The notes under the pieces: model-generated | Databases searched by the model: none | What the model saw: only the letters and a program-made list of their open reading frames with translations | Told to the model about the DNA's origin: nothing | Program-made: the position numbers and the translations under genes | NCBI GenBank assembly: GCA_000165425.1 | Contig: CT867997.1 | Coordinates: 558,001 to 622,000, forward strand | Length of the DNA stretch: 64,000 bases | Direction of reading: 5' to 3' | Source of the DNA: Paramecium tetraurelia | Taxonomy: Eukaryota | In this document: in pieces, positions 27,416 through 39,214 of the stretch | Numbering within the stretch: the stretch's first letter is position 1 | Layout of the letters: each line of letters starts with the position of its first letter

Positions 27416-28306
27416 TCAAATACGAAATTTATCTCCGCAATTAAAGCATTCAAAAAACTTAGTAGTAGGTTCATCTGCACATCTAGTTTACTTTTCTTCA
27501 ACTAGATACACTTTTTTTTAATGGCATCCTTTACATTATTTCCCTTCGACTCCATCCATCTCTCTTTTTGAAACCTCCTTGTAGAACCCAATCTAATTGA
27601 TTTCGAGTTCTTCCTTTTGGGCTGCCTTTTAATTCAGTTTAGTTTTTTCATCAATCCAATCCTCAGATTTCAATTAAGCAGCTTATTGATAGGAGAGACT
27701 TTTATTGAATACTCGTATGAGCACATCTCCAGACTTATCTCTTTTCATAAACTGCACCAAGGTTTTGATGTCCATCTCATAAGCCAGCTTTTTGGAGTCT
27801 TTGAAAACATTTCTCAAATAAATCTCCTTCTCTAAGCCTATAGTGACTTCTTTGACTTTGTCAATTGAAATTAATTGTTCCTTATTTGATTGATTCCAAT
27901 TCTTGAATATATGTAAGATTAGATTGCTAATGAGATTAAGATTCTGTATTCTATCCACGTATCCTGTGAATTGCTACTGGTATCCAGAGAATAAATTATA
28001 TTTTTTCATGGGTTCCGGTTTATCCTTTTCCACTTCCATTTGTAGGGGTTATCTCAATATTTTAAGGATGGATTTGGCCTTGTCTATCATTTTCTCATAA
28101 TCATACGATTTATATATGGTATTAGGAGGTATTTCATGCAATTGGGCTAACTTTTAGACAGCTTATAAGAATTTCTGATGCACAATTCTGTTGGAGTTGA
28201 AATTCTGAGTGCCTATTTAATCCAATAGATTATAGAGGGTGGTTGGAGATGAGTTCTTCCACTCGATAAGTTTTTTTAAGGTTTGCGACAAGTCAACTTA
28301 ATCCAT
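27416..28306 (-). CDS. TFIIS: Transcription elongation factor TFIIS family protein (296 aa, intronless)
   Basis: 891-nt open code-6 frame ending in the Zn ribbon CKGC...KQTRCADEPTTKFFECFNCGDKFRI*, with the acidic DE dipeptide. Confidence 0.88.
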
Positions 28307-28417
28307 AATAAAATAAAATAAAGCGAAATTTGAGTTAATTCTTGAAATAGGGAAATAATAATTAATCATTGAAATAAAATGGCAAAAAATAAAAATAAAA
28401 ATATAAATTGGTTCAAA

Positions 28418-29681
28418 TCAAATGCTAAGTTTTTATTAAGATGAGGAATTTCGATTCACCTTAAAATCCTAAAAGAAATATTCAACATTCTGCACTAGTA
28501 AATTAAAGTGATGAACTACAACCTTGGCTCCTTATAGATCAGAGATATCTATAGTTTGTGGTCTCAAGAAACACGGGGCAAACACAATTGATAAATTATT
28601 GAGTCCCATCTGAGTTTAAAATACAATTTACCAGATTCTCTGATTCATAGCCTGCCACGCGGAATAACAATTCAGCTATTCTTTTTGTGGTTTTGCGATT
28701 GACTTCTGGCATATAAGCAAAAAATACTTCGAACATCTCCAACAATTTCTCCTTACTTGTATTAACTAATTCGATTAACAATCATATTACTTTATGTCTC
28801 TTTAAGAATGTCATACATTTCAAATGGGAATATCGGCTTTTTTAGTTAGCACAATAGATTCTTAAACACAGTAGAAACAACATCAGGTTCGTATTCATTA
28901 ATTGTCGTGTAATTTCTTTTTGTAAACTATTGAATTAATTTCTGTTCTTATTAAACTGATCCCGAAATCCTAAATACACCTATCTTACTATACAGTCTTA
29001 CCTTATGTTTTTAGATAATCATCGTGATCCTTGTAAAATTTTAAAATTACTTCCAAACACTCAGGCACACCTGTGTTAGCTATTGGGTATTCTGAGAGAT
29101 CTCTTCCATAAAAGGGAATTTCTTCTTAATAGTTATAATTGATTCTAGATAAAAATTCAATCTGATATTGAGTTAGTTCAATATTGTGACTGGCCAATTC
29201 ATTCAATCTATATGATATTTGTAATTACTTCATAACCAGATGCACTTTATTTGCTAAAACTGATGACCATCCACTCGGTATGGCATTAACCAATTGTTAA
29301 AGTTGGATCTTCTCGCTAATAACAATCAATTTATCTATTCTTTAGAATTGTTGTAAGGGAATGTTTCTTGCAATTCAACTAAATATAATACTTGTAGAAT
29401 GGATTCAGCATTTATTTTAAATCGCTGAATTCTAATGGTAATACCTATTGGTTACAAATAACCCAAGTAAATGGACTAAATTCTAATTAATTAAAATACC
29501 TGAAGGCATGGATGGTTTATAAATATGAATTCATCTATTGGCTGACTTCCTTCATGTCTTTTATTTGATTCAAGATCAAAACATAGATTGGTTAGTTTCC
29601 ATTTAATAATCCTGGGGTATTTCAATAAAAGATACCTGTCTTAAGTAATCCAGGAGCCAGATAACATTTTTGCTATTGCAT
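28418..29681 (-). CDS. RhoGAP with an N-terminal Sec14/BCH-like domain
   Basis: FYGRDL...GVPECL...QGVFRISGS (arginine finger), DVVSTVFKNLLCQLKKPIFP; N-terminal G..QPIYV...IDKLIVI...LANKVHLV is CRAL-TRIO-like. Confidence 0.8.
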
Positions 29682-29943
29682 TTTTAATAAACTATATTCT
29701 GATTTTAAAACTAAACTTTATTAATCAAATATCATAGCTTTAATCCAATAACTCTAAAATCTCAAATAAAAAAACAGAAGTGAAATACATCAAATAAATT
29801 GTTATCAATACACATAAATATTCTTTATTATAACATATCCACTTTTGATAGAGAGGAGAATATCGTATAAATCAATAATGTTTCGTATGAATGATCGATA
29901 TTTATTATTATAGTGCTAAGGATAAATTTTAATCAATTATTTT

Positions 29944-31673
29944 ATGAATAAAATTGATAATTATAAATATGACAATAAAGACTATTTAGGGAAGGGTTCA
30001 TTTGGAAAGGTCTATAAAGGGATTATGATAGATAAAAATTAAGAAGTCGCAATTAAAAGTAAAGATTCATTAACTATTATAGTAATGAACATGTCATAAT
30101 TTTAAGGCAAAAGTATGTTGATATCCTTGGAAACTGAAATTACTGTAATGAAATAGTTCCGACATGATAACATTGTAGAATTAATTGATGTTTTTGGGGA
30201 TGATAAATACACCTACATGATAATTGAATTATGTGATGGGGATCTGAGAAATTACATTAAATCGAAAGGGGGAGTTTTGGAAGAGGCAGAAGCCCTTGGA
30301 GTCTTAAGACAATTTATGTTAGGATTCTAGGAAATGATTAAGAAAGGGTATATTCATCGAGATATAAAGCCAGAGAATGTTCTTTTTAAAGGGAACTGTT
30401 TCAAAATTGCAGATTTCGGATTTGCAACAAAAGCTGAAATTAAAAACAATGTTAAGATTTTTAAGTAGTCTGTTGGAACTCCTCTCTATATGGCTCCGCA
30501 ACTCCTAGAAAAACATGCTTACACTGCCAAAAGTGACATATGGTCAATTGGAATCATGGCTTATGAAATGGTCTATGGTAAATAACCATGGCCTTGCAGA
30601 GACATTCCTTCCTATGCATTTAATATCAAAAATCAGCCTTTGAAGTTTCCTGTTGATATTAGAGTATCCGATGAATATTAAGACTTTATTAAACAATGTT
30701 TAAAGAAAGATGAGAAAGACAGGATTTCATGGGATCAGTTGTTTTAACATGTGATACTGAATGAAATAGAGAGGAACTATGTAATTGTGATTATTCTATT
30801 TATAGAAAATGGAGAACCCTTTAGATTAAGAGTGCCAGCGGATCTTGGCTTAAATATAGAAGATAGTTTAGAGTAGAGGATTGGATGTTTTTGTGTAGTT
30901 CCAGAAGTATGACAAGGATGAAGGAGGATCATTGGATTTTTCAGAATTTTTCACTTTTTTGATACAATTGGATCCAAAATTAACTGGAAAAGAAATAAAG
31001 TTATTGTTTGAGAAAATGGACATAAATAAGGATGAAACAATAGGATTTGAGGAATTTAAGAGGATATTCTTTGATTACGATTACGTGAAGGAGGATTTTG
31101 CTGAAAGAATAATTATAGACTTAAGAGAAATAATTAGAGCGAATAATTTGTAAGTAGAAGACATCTTTGCTAAATATGATAAAGATCAGATGGGGGATTT
31201 GGATTATGAAGAATTCAGTTTTATGATTAAGGAGATAGCAAAGGACATTAAAGAGGATGATATCTAAGCTGTATATATGTTGAATATGTTTAGATCTTTG
31301 ATAAATTCGATACGAATAATGATAGGACCATCAATATCGATGAATTCAGGGAATAATTGATAGTAAAACAGGACACTCAAAGATTTTAGATCAAAGAGAA
31401 CTTAATTTAAGTAAGATTACAATATAATCATCGTAGAATTTTATTAAGGATTTGAGAAGGATAGTGACTGAGAATAAGATTGACATTGAATTGATATTCA
31501 AGAACTTTGCTAAGAGCATGAGAGAGGAAATGAATTAAACAGAATTCTCAAAATTGTGTTTAGTTATAGATCGACGATTGAAACCATATGAAAGGGAATA
31601 AATATTCAAATATTTGAACTTAAATGATAGGGATGGGATTACACTTGATGAATTTTCACAAATATTTAAGTGA
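29944..31673 (+). CDS. Ser/Thr protein kinase with multiple C-terminal EF-hands
   Basis: [40 protein letters not shown] loops [60 protein letters not shown]. Confidence 0.9.
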
Positions 31674-31701
31674 TTTATTATTTAAATTTTAATCTAATAA
31701 A

Positions 31702-32807
31702 ATGCTTGATTACGCGGGGATTATAAGTTTGAAAAGAGAGTAATTTCATGTGAATATCCGTAAATAAAGAAATGAAAAGTAATTCAAGGAATCAAGAAAA
31801 AATTACATTCAATCTCTGTTCTCCTAATAAACAGAAATGCAGGAAATGTCCAATACCATCAGAGATAAACTTGAAAAGGGGGAAAACCTTCAAGGGCAAG
31901 TTCTCTAGATGATGGTGGATACAATATTTGAGGTACTCCACAAAAATAATAATATGAATCTATTGGATGTAAGGATGAGAATTAATTTAGACTATCGATG
32001 CAGCTGTTTGGATGTTGAAATCAGTCGAAGAATTGACTTATGAGGATGAACTGAGTGATAATTTGAAAATGCTAAGAATTGTAGATAAGATGATATTGTA
32101 TTCATAAGGATATGATATTGAGAATCAGCCACTCAATTCGTAAATAATTATCTATGCAGCTAAAGTTAGAGTATATTTTAAACTAGTTCCTGAAATATTG
32201 GACTTAAATGGAGGATAAATCATTACATCTTAAGTTTGGGGAAATTGCAGAAACAGTGTATTTCTTGCTCAATAAATAAGAATAGATGTTTGTTAAGAGA
32301 GGAGCAGATATCTTGTATAATTTGGCTTTGATTGATAATGGCAACATATTGAATTAGGTACATGAACTCACAATTTTTGGCCAAAAATTAGTTAAACCTA
32401 TTTGTACTATATTAAAAACAAGTCACAATATAAAAATCTTACGCACTTTATGGAGAGTGGTCTTGCAAACATTTTTAGATTAAGATAGAAGTGGACAATT
32501 GCAGTATGTCCATTTCAACATCTATGAAAATTAGGAAAACATTAAATTTTTTAATTTGTTGGTAAATCAGGTAATAGAGTCAGAACAACAGAATCGAAAA
32601 TTGTTTAAGAACTAATTGCATTTGATTCAGCAGATACTCGATTATTATTAATCAGATGATCAATAAATCTATGAAGAGTTCAAGCAATTGTTACTTACAT
32701 CTCAATTTTCTATCAAACTGAAAGACATCTGGCTCTTTAATAAATGGAATTCTATAGCTACGACTGCACATGAAATTTAGACACATTTGGATGAATAATA
32801 ACAATGA
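31702..32807 (+). CDS. Importin-alpha-like protein (IBB-like N-terminus, helical repeats)
   Basis: LKREQFHVNIRKQRNEKQFKESRKK matches the IBB pattern; ARM-like text such as DAAVWML and LYNLALID. Confidence 0.55.
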
Positions 32808-32809
32808 AT

Positions 32810-33364
32810 TCAATACACAGTTTTGTTCTTCGTTTTTTATTTTAATTTCATTCTAAAATTATTCAAAGCCAATTATTTTTAATCAAATTGGAGTGGTTTA
32901 CTATTTTGGCCAATTACATTATTATTGTTGTTCAAGATATCTTCATTTCTATTCTTCTGAATCACTTTATAATACTCAGTCCATGATATCGAATTGTTCA
33001 ATAAGGATTTTTGGAATAGAGTCTTTATGCATGAGTTCCTATACTTCTGAGTTGAATTCTTTCGAGGAGACAGACTACTCTTCTAGAATGATTGCAAATA
33101 TTATTTGATTTCTATTTTAGGACAACTATCCTGATGACTTGGATAATTGGTTTCCATTGATCTCCTTCTGGATTGAGTTGCTATCCTCAATGGGATTTTT
33201 ATTTGCATCTTTTTCGGACATATTTATTTCCTATCCTATTTAAAAATGTGATCGTAATTTCCATTCCAGGGTTCCAAATTCAAAGGATTTTAAAGTCTGT
33301 TGTTAACGTTGTTCCACTCTTCCTCAATATTTAGTAAAGTAAATTAAGGATCATTATATTACAT
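32810..33364 (-). CDS. Hypothetical protein (184 aa, intronless)
   Basis: 555-nt open code-6 frame MQYNDPQFTLLNIEEEW...KNKTVY*. Confidence 0.6.
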
Positions 33365-33376
33365 TAATAAAATATA

Positions 33377-34758
33377 ATGATTCATGGTCCCAACTCTTCT
33401 TTCTCAGGTGCCTTTAGTATTGGCAAAAAAATACAAGGTAATTTAATGATGAACTTCCTTAGCACATGGAAATCAGAACAACACCCCTGGGTATTGACTA
33501 TTCAATTAATGTTAGACCTGATCATTACAATTTGGCAACTCCTCAATCCTCAGGATTCAAATTTTCGAAATCAGTCCGCAAATAACTTTATGAACCTAAA
33601 CCAATTCCAGAGCCAGGAACATACGATCCAAATCTATCGGTATAGAATCATGAAATTAGATTATTCAACCCAATCCTCCAAACATCAAATTTAGCAAAGC
33701 TCAAGAATAAGAGAAACTCCCTCTTGACATCGGACCAGGCACTTATAATTGGAGTGATCAAAAGAAATCTCCAGCATTTACTTTCTAAAATAAATTCGAA
33801 AATCCTGGAAACGATGTTCTAAATACTCCAGGACCTGGCCATTATGATGTTAAAGAAAGCCATTCACTTCAACCAATAAATAAAGGTTTTACAACAAGCA
33901 ACCGCTTAAATATGCTGCTTTCTAATGGGCCTGGGCCGGGTTCTTATAACTTGGAAACTCTTAAATTACAAACTAGCATTAAGTAACCGTTTGGAATAAG
34001 AAGGTTAGGTTTCCAAAGCAATAGAGGACTATTGATAAACTCGATCCTACTCCTGGACCTGGGGCATTCCTTACAGTTGTGCCAAACAAGTAAGGGATTT
34101 CATTTGGAAAGAAATTGTAGGCCTAGAGCGAAAAGTAGTTTGTGCCTGGTCCTGGGACATATCAATTGAAATCTTTTGCTGAACAAATCTCTAAAGGAAC
34201 TAAGTATATTTTACATTTGATGCTTAAGGATTGGAACCTCTAATAGAAGCCAGATGTTATTGTAATAAGGACCTTCTCCTTTGAATTATGACATCTCTCA
34301 ATATAAGCCTCCCTCTAAATATTCAAGTTTTGGAAATGCAGAAAGGAAAACATTATAAGAGAAAAGTGAGTATACTCCTGGGCCTGGAACTTATTATTTG
34401 GGAGTCAGTCTTTCTAAATTGGGACCTGTAATTGGCAAGTCTTCAAAGGAATAATTGGTTATTCATGACTCTCTACCAGTATTTGATAAATTTGATTTTT
34501 AAGGGACCAGGAAAATACAACTTAAATGATACTTTCTCAAGAGGACCCAGTTACCATATTGCAGGAAAACATGAGAAGCAATAAGAACAATCTCTTGTGG
34601 GTCCAGGAAGATATTAGATCAATAGGGATATTACTGATGGTCCTAAATTCAAGTTTTCTACTAAGGAAAAGACAGACTCTAAAGATCATTCTTAATCATA
34701 GTTCTATGATATTCAGGCTAGTCTGGGATTTATACCAAAATATTTACTATAAAATTGA
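33377..34758 (+). CDS. SHIPPO / sperm-tail PG-rich repeat protein (ODF3-like axonemal protein)
   Basis: Repeated TPGPDHY, PEPGTY, IGPGTY, TPGPGHY, GPGPGSY, VPGPGTY, TPGPGTY, GPGKY, VGPGRY motifs; several tiny introns. Confidence 0.85.
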
Positions 34759-34806
34759 ATATGTTTTTAATATACTATGTATAAAACGGATCATTAATTA
34801 AAATAA

Positions 34807-35600
34807 ATGAGAATTGCTATATTGGCTCTGGTAGTTATTTGTGCAGTATGTGGTCACAATATGAGACATAAGAAGAGGTATGTCTTATTAAATAGACAAG
34901 CACTGTAGGAGAGGTTCATGACTTGAGCAATAATGTTGGAGTGATCAGCAAATCTGAAGTGTAAGTAACACCACCTCTTACAAAATAACAATTTTAAATC
35001 AATAAGGCTGCTAAATCAACAACTCACGCCATTGAATAAGCACTTAAGCATTCACCAGCCACAGCCTTAATTGAAATGGAATAATCTTACAATGATGATG
35101 TAATCGACAACATTCCTTACGTTGAAGAAACCCTCGATTAGATGGAAAGTGCAAAACCAGAAGTAGTCTATTCAAATGATGGCAATTCACCAGACATGGG
35201 TACAAGTGCTGAGAGCTTCGAAGGATCAGAGGCTCCCATGACATCAGAGGATAGTCAAACTACTCCCCAAGATGAATACTATGCCACAGAAACTCTCATC
35301 ACCAACGAGGAAGTCTCATTAATCCAATTAGGAGAAATCGATGCACTTGCAAACATTGACACAAGCATGCCCTTATTTGATGAAGACTTCAAAATCGACG
35401 AACAAGCACTTCAAGAAACCCCATTGAATGTTGGTGTCAATGATATTCCTGAAGTTCAAGCTGATTCAAATTAGAATGAGGAAATGTCAGCTGATTTAGA
35501 AAGACAAACTAATGAGATCGTTGAGGCCTTGATGAACGAATAGGACATTATGATAAATGAGGTTTAACTCATCCAAGTTGCAGATAGAGGATTCTATTGA
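34807..35600 (+). CDS. Secreted acidic protein of unknown function
   Basis: Signal peptide MRIAILALVVICAVCG, then a D/E-rich body; TGA at 35598-35600. Confidence 0.7.
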
Positions 35601-35729
35601 TTAATGTATTCAGAATAAAATAAACATCATTTCTTCTTTCATTTTCCCAGTCCCCTAATGGAAGTTGTCTAAATTGTTCATAATATTTCTAAAATAGTTT
35701 TGAATTTTTAATTAATTAATTTTAAGCTA

Positions 35730-36527
35730 ATGTACAGAAGTGGGAAGTAGCCACCAAAACCGGAATTGCCTTTTTATGCTGATGTCACTTATTGGATTAG
35801 CTTTATGTTGTCAATCTATTTCAAAGACGAGAAGATTTTGCACGGGATATTTTCTTGTTTGCCATTGTTTATGATAGTTCATTTGACTTTGAATAGATTG
35901 GTAAGGGGAGAGTTGGGATCGACAGTAATGATGCTATCTTTGCTTGCAGAATCAATCGGTATGAATGATGGATATTTGCAGCCCATTTGTTTCACCAATT
36001 TGCACATGATGAGAGATTCATGAATTTATATTTCTTTGAGCATTTGATTTGTGGAATGTTTTTGGCTATGGGGAATTTCATTTATGTGTTTGAAAAAAGG
36101 TAGAAGAAGGAGATTTTCCGTAAAAAGAAGGCTTATCTGAAATCAAAATTACCAAAACCTCAATCTATAATAGTTTTCCCTATAATTGCTTCAGGATTTT
36201 ATTTAATGCTATACGAAACTAAAAATGACAATACAAATTGGATATTGTATTATATGAAAGTGTTTTATAGTATACCATTAACAATTTAATTAATTTATGC
36301 TATTCAAAGATATTAAGCCACATCAAAAAAGAGTTATTGTAATAATATCATATAATTAATAAGTTTGTGGCTTGGCTGCCTCAATCATTTATGTGTTGTC
36401 TGATTTGTCATACCAACACTTCCCATTATATCACAAATTGTTCCATCGCTTTAGCTTGTACTTGCAGACTCGATAAATATTCTACCACATCAAATGGTTC
36501 CAGAAGAACAGATACAAATTTGAATGA
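35730..36527 (+). CDS. Multi-pass membrane protein, YhhN/TMEM86-like
   Basis: Several TM segments; CLPLF, GMFLAMGNFIYV and GLAASIIYVLSD resemble YhhN motifs; intron ~35959-35981. Confidence 0.55.
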
Positions 36528-36556
36528 ATCATAAAGTTAATCAATTGACTATAAAA

Positions 36557-39038
36557 TCACAAATATTCTTAAATTGATTAGAGATGAGATTAGACTCTCA
36601 TCCCTTTTAATAGAGAATCTTCGATTTCTGGATCCGTGTAATTTGTGCTTCTTAGATGTTAGAGTGAAGTCAAATCCTGATCTGTTATTTGTAACTTCTT
36701 TTTAATCTAAATGCAAACTTGATAACATATTTACTTTGTTGTATTCGCTAACTTTATCCAAAAAGAGATCTAAATCAGAGAGATTTGGAAACAACTCCTT
36801 TCCATTTTCAGTTTTATTTTTTACTATCTCATTCAAAGAATTTATCATCTTCTCCTTGACCTTCAAGATCAATTGACCCTTATTCAAACAAATCTAATCC
36901 TTCTTTGATTTAGCTATCAACTCAAAGAACTGAGCATTCTTCACTATTTTAACTGTGCTCTTCCTACTCTTCTCCTTCTTAACAGCATAATCTAAAATCT
37001 CCATCTTCACATCTTCATAATCATTGAGAATCCTAAGAAAAGCTTCCTTACTGATCTTCCATACTTCTGCCTATGATTCTGCGATTGCAGACTCTCCTCT
37101 TGCTCTAGATACCAAGATATCCACTTCTCCAAAATATGATCCCTCAACATGGATTAGAGTTCTAATCTTTCCATTTTGATCCTCACATTTTGTAGCCAAT
37201 CTACCCTAGATAACAAAGTAAACAAAATCAGCAGGTTCTCCTCTGAAGAAAATGGCATCTCCTTTATTGAGAAATACTGGAACCATTGATCGAAATAGTC
37301 TTCTTAAGAAACCCCTAGGTTTATTTTGAAGGAATCTAATTTTCTCGATAATATCCTTAAATATAAACTCACACACTAATCCTTAAACTAAAGGTGGCAA
37401 TTCTTGTATGATGTCTTCTTCATTATAAAATTCTAACATTTAGTTTGAATGAGAAAAAATAGAGTTTTAAATGGACATCAACAATCTTTCATGTGTTTCT
37501 TTGGGCAGTTGATAAGTGTGAGCCAATTCATTAAAAAATATTTCTCTTTCCTTAATCATGGTTAATTTTTAAGAGAGTTTAGCAAATGTAAATGTCAATG
37601 TACCCATGACATAAGCAAAGAAGGCTACTCCCAGGAATTGAAAGATGATTCCCACCACATATTCCATGTTGTTTACTGGCAAAATGTTACCATATCCAAC
37701 GGTAACCAAAATAGTCAATACAAAATAAACGCTCGCTATATATTATTCTACTGCTGAGGTTCCATCAGGTATATATACAACAATCCAATTTTTATTTGGA
37801 TCAGGACTTATGGTTCCAATGAAATACCAGAAGCATCCAGCCAAATGTATAACGATAAAGGTTAAAATTATGAATTTCAAGATTAAACTATATTCTTTAT
37901 TTAGTTTTAAGAAGAAAAACAATTTTTGGATTGTTTGATGTTTTATTAGATTGCCTACTCTCAAAACTCCCACTAATTTATATATTCTTGGTAATCTTGC
38001 CAGTCTTAGCAGTCCATTAACACTCGAGGCTCCTGGGAGCACAGAGGGATCCAAAATCAAGTATAAAGGGAAAGTTGAGACAAGATCAATCCAGAACCAG
38101 CCTTTGAAATAATTGATGGCGATTTTTTTGAATTCAACAATCACAATCCCTCTTTCATCTTCATAAGCCGTGAAAAATGTAAAAACCATATCAAAGAAAA
38201 AGATACAATCTATAGTCAAATCCAGTCCCAGCAATTCTTGAGTGTTTGTTTCAAAAGCCAAACGCACTGGTAAGATTAAAACTCTAATTGGATAGTCAAT
38301 AAACGAATTACACATAAACGAGAAGTAGAATCATTATTCCACTCCAAGTAGATTTAAACCTCCCATATGGATTAATGATGCAATTGGGTAATATTCTTTC
38401 GATCGCATTGGCTTCTTGAGTGAGTTTGCTTAGCTTTTCATCTAATTCAATGTTTCTTGGAGCCTATTCCTTTTCCATAGATTTATCAGGGCTAAATATA
38501 TCGAATTCAGAGCTACTGTCTAATGATCAAAATACCACAATACCCTCTTGATTTTGAATTGTTGGTTGTTTTTGACTTGGCTGATTTGGAGATCTGCTCG
38601 AAGCTCTATTTGGAGAAGGAGTCTTGGCGAATTCAGCCATAGGTTCAGCCATTGGTTCTTCTTAGCTTTATTGATTTTCCTTGACTTAATCCATCTGCTC
38701 TGAGGTGTTTAGTTGTCTTCTGTCACTCAATCGAGGTAAGCGGAGTTATTTAATAGATTTTTTTCTTGAAGTTGATTCGCTTTGATCTGATTCTTCTTCT
38801 TCTCTTATACTATTATTTTTAAATCGATCTTATAGAATGGATCCAAAATACTTGATTAAACTTCTTCTTTAGCTGCTTCCAATTCTTCTTAATCTGCTAT
38901 CTCATTGAAATCAACTAACTAAAGATTTTAAAAATTGAGTTTATTCTTTCTCCTCATAGGAGTTTCATCTTCATCACTCTCGGAGACTTGCTTTTTTATA
39001 TCCTTTTTGTTTCTTTAAAATAGAGATGCCGGAATCAT
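36557..39038 (-). CDS. Cyclic-nucleotide-binding-domain K+ channel (EAG/HCN-like)
   Basis: YFKGWFWIDLVSTFP, S4 LLRLARLPRIYKL, pore TVGYGNILP, CNBD EGSYFGEVD...RGESAIA. Confidence 0.92.
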
Positions 39039-39214
39039 TAAAATATAATATTAAGATAATATTTAAACTTATTAAATTTCTAATCTCAATTGAATTGCAT
39101 AACCCAATTCAATCCTTTTGGAAATGCGTTTAATTCCATTACGATGAATTCATTTTTGACATTTCGCATTCAAAAATATACATAAAATATTTATAAACTT
39201 ATAGAAATATTAAA

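Noticed and set aside
33377..34758. Regularly spaced CCTGG/CCAGG repeats suggestive of a CRISPR-like array
   Set aside because: They are Pro-Gly-Pro-Gly codons of SHIPPO repeats; no identical direct repeats and no cas genes
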